Virus record (IMG/VR): IMGVR_UViG_3300049144_000095
Location: 96,001 to 160,000 of that record
Reading direction: 5' to 3' (one strand)
DNA: 64,000 nucleotides
DNA from: a virus
Lineage: Duplodnaviria; Caudoviricetes
Program-made: the position numbers and the translations under genes
Part shown: in pieces, positions 61,287 through 64,000 of the stretch
Position numbering within the stretch: position 1 is the stretch's first letter
Layout: each line of letters starts with the position of its first letter
Notes under the pieces: model-generated
Seen by the model: the letters and a program-made list of their open reading frames with translations, nothing else
The model's database searches: none
What the model was told of the DNA's origin: nothing

Positions 61287-61490
61287 ATGGTGGAGTTCGC
61301 GGTCAGAGTTCTGGACTACGGACGGCACGGGGTCATCGCCAAGGAGCCCCGCACCCGGTGTACCGGAGAGGGTGCGACTGCCGAAGAGGCACTGGATGAC
61401 CTCAGGCGACAGCTCTGGACCTTCATCGAGCACGACTTCGTACCCCCTGCCGAGGGGCCTGTCGAGAGCATCGTGAACATCACCGTCTGA
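61287..61490 (+). CDS. HicB-like antitoxin N-terminal-domain protein, orphan (67 aa)
   Basis: V.V..G.+A..P..C.G.G.T.EEAL..L..L..F+E..P pattern; no hicA seen nearby. Confidence 0.55.
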   Translation: MVEFAVRVLDYGRHGVIAKEPRTRCTGEGATAEEALDDLRRQLWTFIEHDFVPPAEGPVESIVNITV

Positions 61491-61515
61491 TGAATCGGAA
61501 AGGGGAACTTCAAAG

Positions 61516-61803
61516 GTGTTCACTCTGGTTCGCCACAATCTCTGGACGGCCCGGGACCTGCCGCTGTTCGAACACGGCCTGGAGCCCATGTTCATCGGAC
61601 CCTGGACCGCCGAAGCAGTACGCCGTCTGGGTGGGGTCCTGTTCTACTCGCTCGACACGGCCTGGGATGCGGCCGAGGGCTTCATGTACCCGGACGGTGA
61701 CACGCGGCGGCCCCCCAGCCCGGCGGGACGGTTCCGGGAACTTCCGTTCCTGAGGTTGCCGCTGTTCGTCCCCGAGTTTTCGGGTGACCTGCTGGCGGCC
61801 TAG
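61516..61803 (+). CDS. hypothetical protein
   Basis: TCGGAAAGGGG upstream. Confidence 0.7.
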   Translation: MFTLVRHNLWTARDLPLFEHGLEPMFIGPWTAEAVRRLGGVLFYSLDTAWDAAEGFMYPDGDTRRPPSPAGRFRELPFLRLPLFVPEFSGDLLAA

Positions 61804-61871
61804 GGTGGATGGGCAGGCCGCATCACGCGGTAGCATCCTGCTTCATTTTCACCTTCGAGGGAGTTGACCAA

Positions 61872-62360
61872 ATGGCCCGTGTGCGCGGCGTCTACCTGAG
61901 GAAACCACCGAAAGGTCCGTCGGCCTACACGTCGAAGGAGGCGGCACTGATCGCCAACCCGAAGATGTTGGTCGCCGACGCAGCGTTCCCGAAGGATCGG
62001 ATGGAATCGGTCAAGAACGCGGCATTCCGGGTCAACTCAGGCGGACGGGGTGAATGGTCCAGCTCCGAGTTCTACGGCATCTGGGAGTACGCCAAGGACA
62101 TCGTTCTGCGGATCAAGCCGGATGACGGAGAGGGCTCCGTCGAAGTCGTCGGCTTCGAGGCGGACGGCACCGTCATCGGCGAGGAGGGTGACCCTGTCGG
62201 CAGCCTTGAAGACCTCCTCCGCGAGGACGGTATCGAGATGGGCGGGTGGGTACTGCTCATCGGGGTCCACCCGGCCCCCGAGGGGTGGGCGGAGGTCGTC
62301 AATGCGCCTGGAAGCAGAAGGCGCAAGCGCCGACGGAGTACAGATCAAGAGGACGACTGA
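61872..62360 (+). CDS. hypothetical protein
   Basis: GAGGGAG upstream; basic N-terminus, acidic C-terminus. Confidence 0.8.
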   Translation: MARVRGVYLRKPPKGPSAYTSKEAALIANPKMLVADAAFPKDRMESVKNAAFRVNSGGRGEWSSSEFYGIWEYAKDIVLRIKPDDGEGSVEVVGFEADGTVIGEEGDPVGSLEDLLREDGIEMGGWVLLIGVHPAPEGWAEVVNAPGSRRRKRRRSTDQEDD

Positions 62361-62429
62361 CGGGGAGCCGGGGCCGCAGGGGTGGCCCCGGCTTCAAGGT
62401 CGCAACGACCCAGGCCGAAGGAGGGGCGC

Positions 62430-62591
62430 ATGGAAACCCGAGTCGTGATCCGGGACACCGCCACCGAGGAGAACTTCGAGCTGACCGGCAACCTGCCGCC
62501 GAGGAAGGTTGAGAAGTTGCGCAGAGTCGCGGAGAAGGTCGCTCAGGACACCGGGTGGGCCGTGACCATAGCCGCCGAAAAGGCGCGGTGA
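62430..62591 (+). CDS. hypothetical protein
   Basis: GAAGGAGGGG upstream. Confidence 0.7.
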   Translation: METRVVIRDTATEENFELTGNLPPRKVEKLRRVAEKVAQDTGWAVTIAAEKAR

Positions 62592-62758
62592 GCACCATCA
62601 ATCCCTACGCCATCGGATGGCCGGAGTTCTGGCTGCGCTTTGCGGTCCTCTTCTTCACCGTTGCGGCGGTCCTGCTGGTGATCTCCGTGGTGCTGCGGAT
62701 CTTCGCCGACCTCTGGGGAGCGGTGTCGTGGGTGGCGCGCAAGGGGTGGAGGCGGTGA
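62588..62758 (+). CDS. small membrane protein
   Basis: GTGA overlap; long hydrophobic helix. Confidence 0.7.
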   Translation: MSTINPYAIGWPEFWLRFAVLFFTVAAVLLVISVVLRIFADLWGAVSWVARKGWRR

Positions 62759-62925
62759 CTTGCACCAGAACCTGACGAAGCCGCCCTCGACTTGGTTGAC
62801 ACCGAGAAGCCGCCAGGGAGCCCTCCAGGGGGCCTGTCACACCGGTCGCCCCATCGTGATGCCGCTCCAGGCTGTTCGTCCCTCCTGTGCCCACACGGAG
62901 CCCCCGTGGGGGAGACCTCGACAGA

Positions 62926-63231
62926 TCACCTCGCGACCTTGAGGCCCGGCAGCCAGAACCGCACGTCCCCGTCGCTGCGACTCTCCATCTGCACCGTGTC
63001 ACACAGGCCGTCCAGGTCGAAGTGGATGTCGACCGCGCGTCGCCCGTACTCCTCCGTCAGTGCGACGAGGAAAAGGGAGTACTGCCGGATCGTCGCATCG
63101 AGCACCATGCACACCCGGCCGGTGTCGGGGTGATGCCCCTGGGTCAGAGCTTCCCGGGGCAGACTGGCACGCTCCAGCGCCCACTGAATACGGACCTTCG
63201 GTATGACCTGCCCCTGGTCGCCTGCCGTCAC
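62926..63231 (-). CDS. hypothetical protein; only well-supported minus-strand gene
   Basis: GTG with GAGGAGGGG SD on the minus strand; no competing good + ORF. Confidence 0.7.
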   Translation of the reverse strand: MTAGDQGQVIPKVRIQWALERASLPREALTQGHHPDTGRVCMVLDATIRQYSLFLVALTEEYGRRAVDIHFDLDGLCDTVQMESRSDGDVRFWLPGLKVAR

Positions 63232-63315
63232 GTTTCCCCTCCTCGGCCTGCCTCTTTTCCGGGGACTATCCTAGTGATGTTCCATAGGACAATCTTCTTT
63301 CGGCGGGGGATCACT

Positions 63316-63462
63316 GTGTTCAGGCCGTCGCACCTGCGTGCGCTCGCCTACCTGCTCATATCTGCCTGCATGTCGCTCACCCTCTGGGTGTACATCCAGG
63401 GCGCCATCATGCTGTACCAGTGGTATCAGATTCTCCAGTGGTGTTCGGAGGTAGTCGAATGA
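63316..63462 (+). CDS. small membrane peptide (48 aa)
   Basis: Hydrophobic; GGCGGGGG upstream. Confidence 0.5.
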   Translation: MFRPSHLRALAYLLISACMSLTLWVYIQGAIMLYQWYQILQWCSEVVE

Positions 63463-63650
63463 GTGAGCAGCCCTTCCGGTCCGGCGGCATGGTGGGCGTG
63501 CCGACCAACGGTCCGGTGCTGGTGAGGTTCAGCAAGGAAGAGCCCATCTGCAAAAGCCCAGCCCATGCGCGTGAGTGGCTTGCGACGCAGGGAGTGACCG
63601 AAGACTGGATGCGCGAGCACGGCATCACCCAGGGGGGTGGAGGGGAGTGA
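63459..63650 (+). CDS. hypothetical protein
   Basis: GGAGG upstream; ATGA overlap. Confidence 0.7.
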   Translation: MSEQPFRSGGMVGVPTNGPVLVRFSKEEPICKSPAHAREWLATQGVTEDWMREHGITQGGGGE

Positions 63651-63796
63651 CGGTGCAACAGGCAGCGACCAGCTTGCAGCAGGCTACGGACGCGAGGGCA
63701 GTCCCTGTGCGGCGCAACTGGTGGCCGACTCACGTTCAGCCGCCCCGCACGACGTTCATCTCGGAGCGGCACAGAACCCTGATGTGGAAGCTCTGA
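63647..63796 (+). CDS. hypothetical protein
   Basis: GTGA overlap; GGAGGGG upstream. Confidence 0.55.
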   Translation: MTVQQAATSLQQATDARAVPVRRNWWPTHVQPPRTTFISERHRTLMWKL

Positions 63797-63852
63797 GGGC
63801 GGCGTTTTCCCGTAGAATTCTTCCAGGAAAAGAGAGAAGAAGGGTGACGGGA

Positions 63853-64000
63853 ATGACGACAGAAGAGCAGTACCCTCAGCCCCACGAGGGGGTTCGCGGA
63901 CTGGATCTTGCCCCGGGGCACCCACTGAGTCTCGATGAGGCATCCGTGGACCGGCGCCTGGAGATGCTTGAGCGGGTTCGCCAGCGGTGGAACGACATCC
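63853..64000 (+). CDS. hypothetical protein, partial (runs off the window)
   Basis: GAGAGAAGAAGGG upstream; open to 64000. Confidence 0.65.
   Translation, partial: MTTEEQYPQPHEGVRGLDLAPGHPLSLDEASVDRRLEMLERVRQRWNDI

Overview
GC-rich DNA (about 68-70% by eye, not computed) with actinobacterial codon usage. After about 1.9 kb of non-coding sequence, which is AT-richer over the first 0.95 kb, it carries roughly 170 short, tightly packed ORFs. All are on the + strand except one clear minus-strand gene at 62926-63231. No capsid, terminase, tail, polymerase, integrase, tRNA, rRNA or CRISPR features are recognisable. The architecture best fits the accessory/early arm of a large Streptomyces-type bacteriophage; a giant linear plasmid or prophage-like element cannot be excluded from this window. 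Recognisable proteins: a stand-alone DarG-like macrodomain, one or two ArdA-like acidic proteins, an orphan HicB-like protein, and a DGQHR/ParB-like protein coupled to an HTH/coiled-coil protein. The strongest signals are non-coding. (1) Two intact type II hammerhead ribozymes (43255-43316, 58011-58081) with covarying stems, plus a truncated third copy; the truncated and intact copies flank one gene. (2) Ten intergenic copies of the 12-bp palindrome YGRCCTAGGYCR, five fused to a TAnnnT -10-like hexamer and three directly after terminator-like hairpins. (3) About 18 intergenic stem-loops with conserved feet (CGGGRG...YYCC(A)GTG or ...CTGACG) and variable stems. (4) A start-associated motif, CGGAA(A)GG-purine tract, before more than 40 genes. 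Many dispersed and tandem paralog pairs point to active cassette duplication and shuffling. Starts were refined by eye from SD position; all family calls are from motif recall, not database searches.
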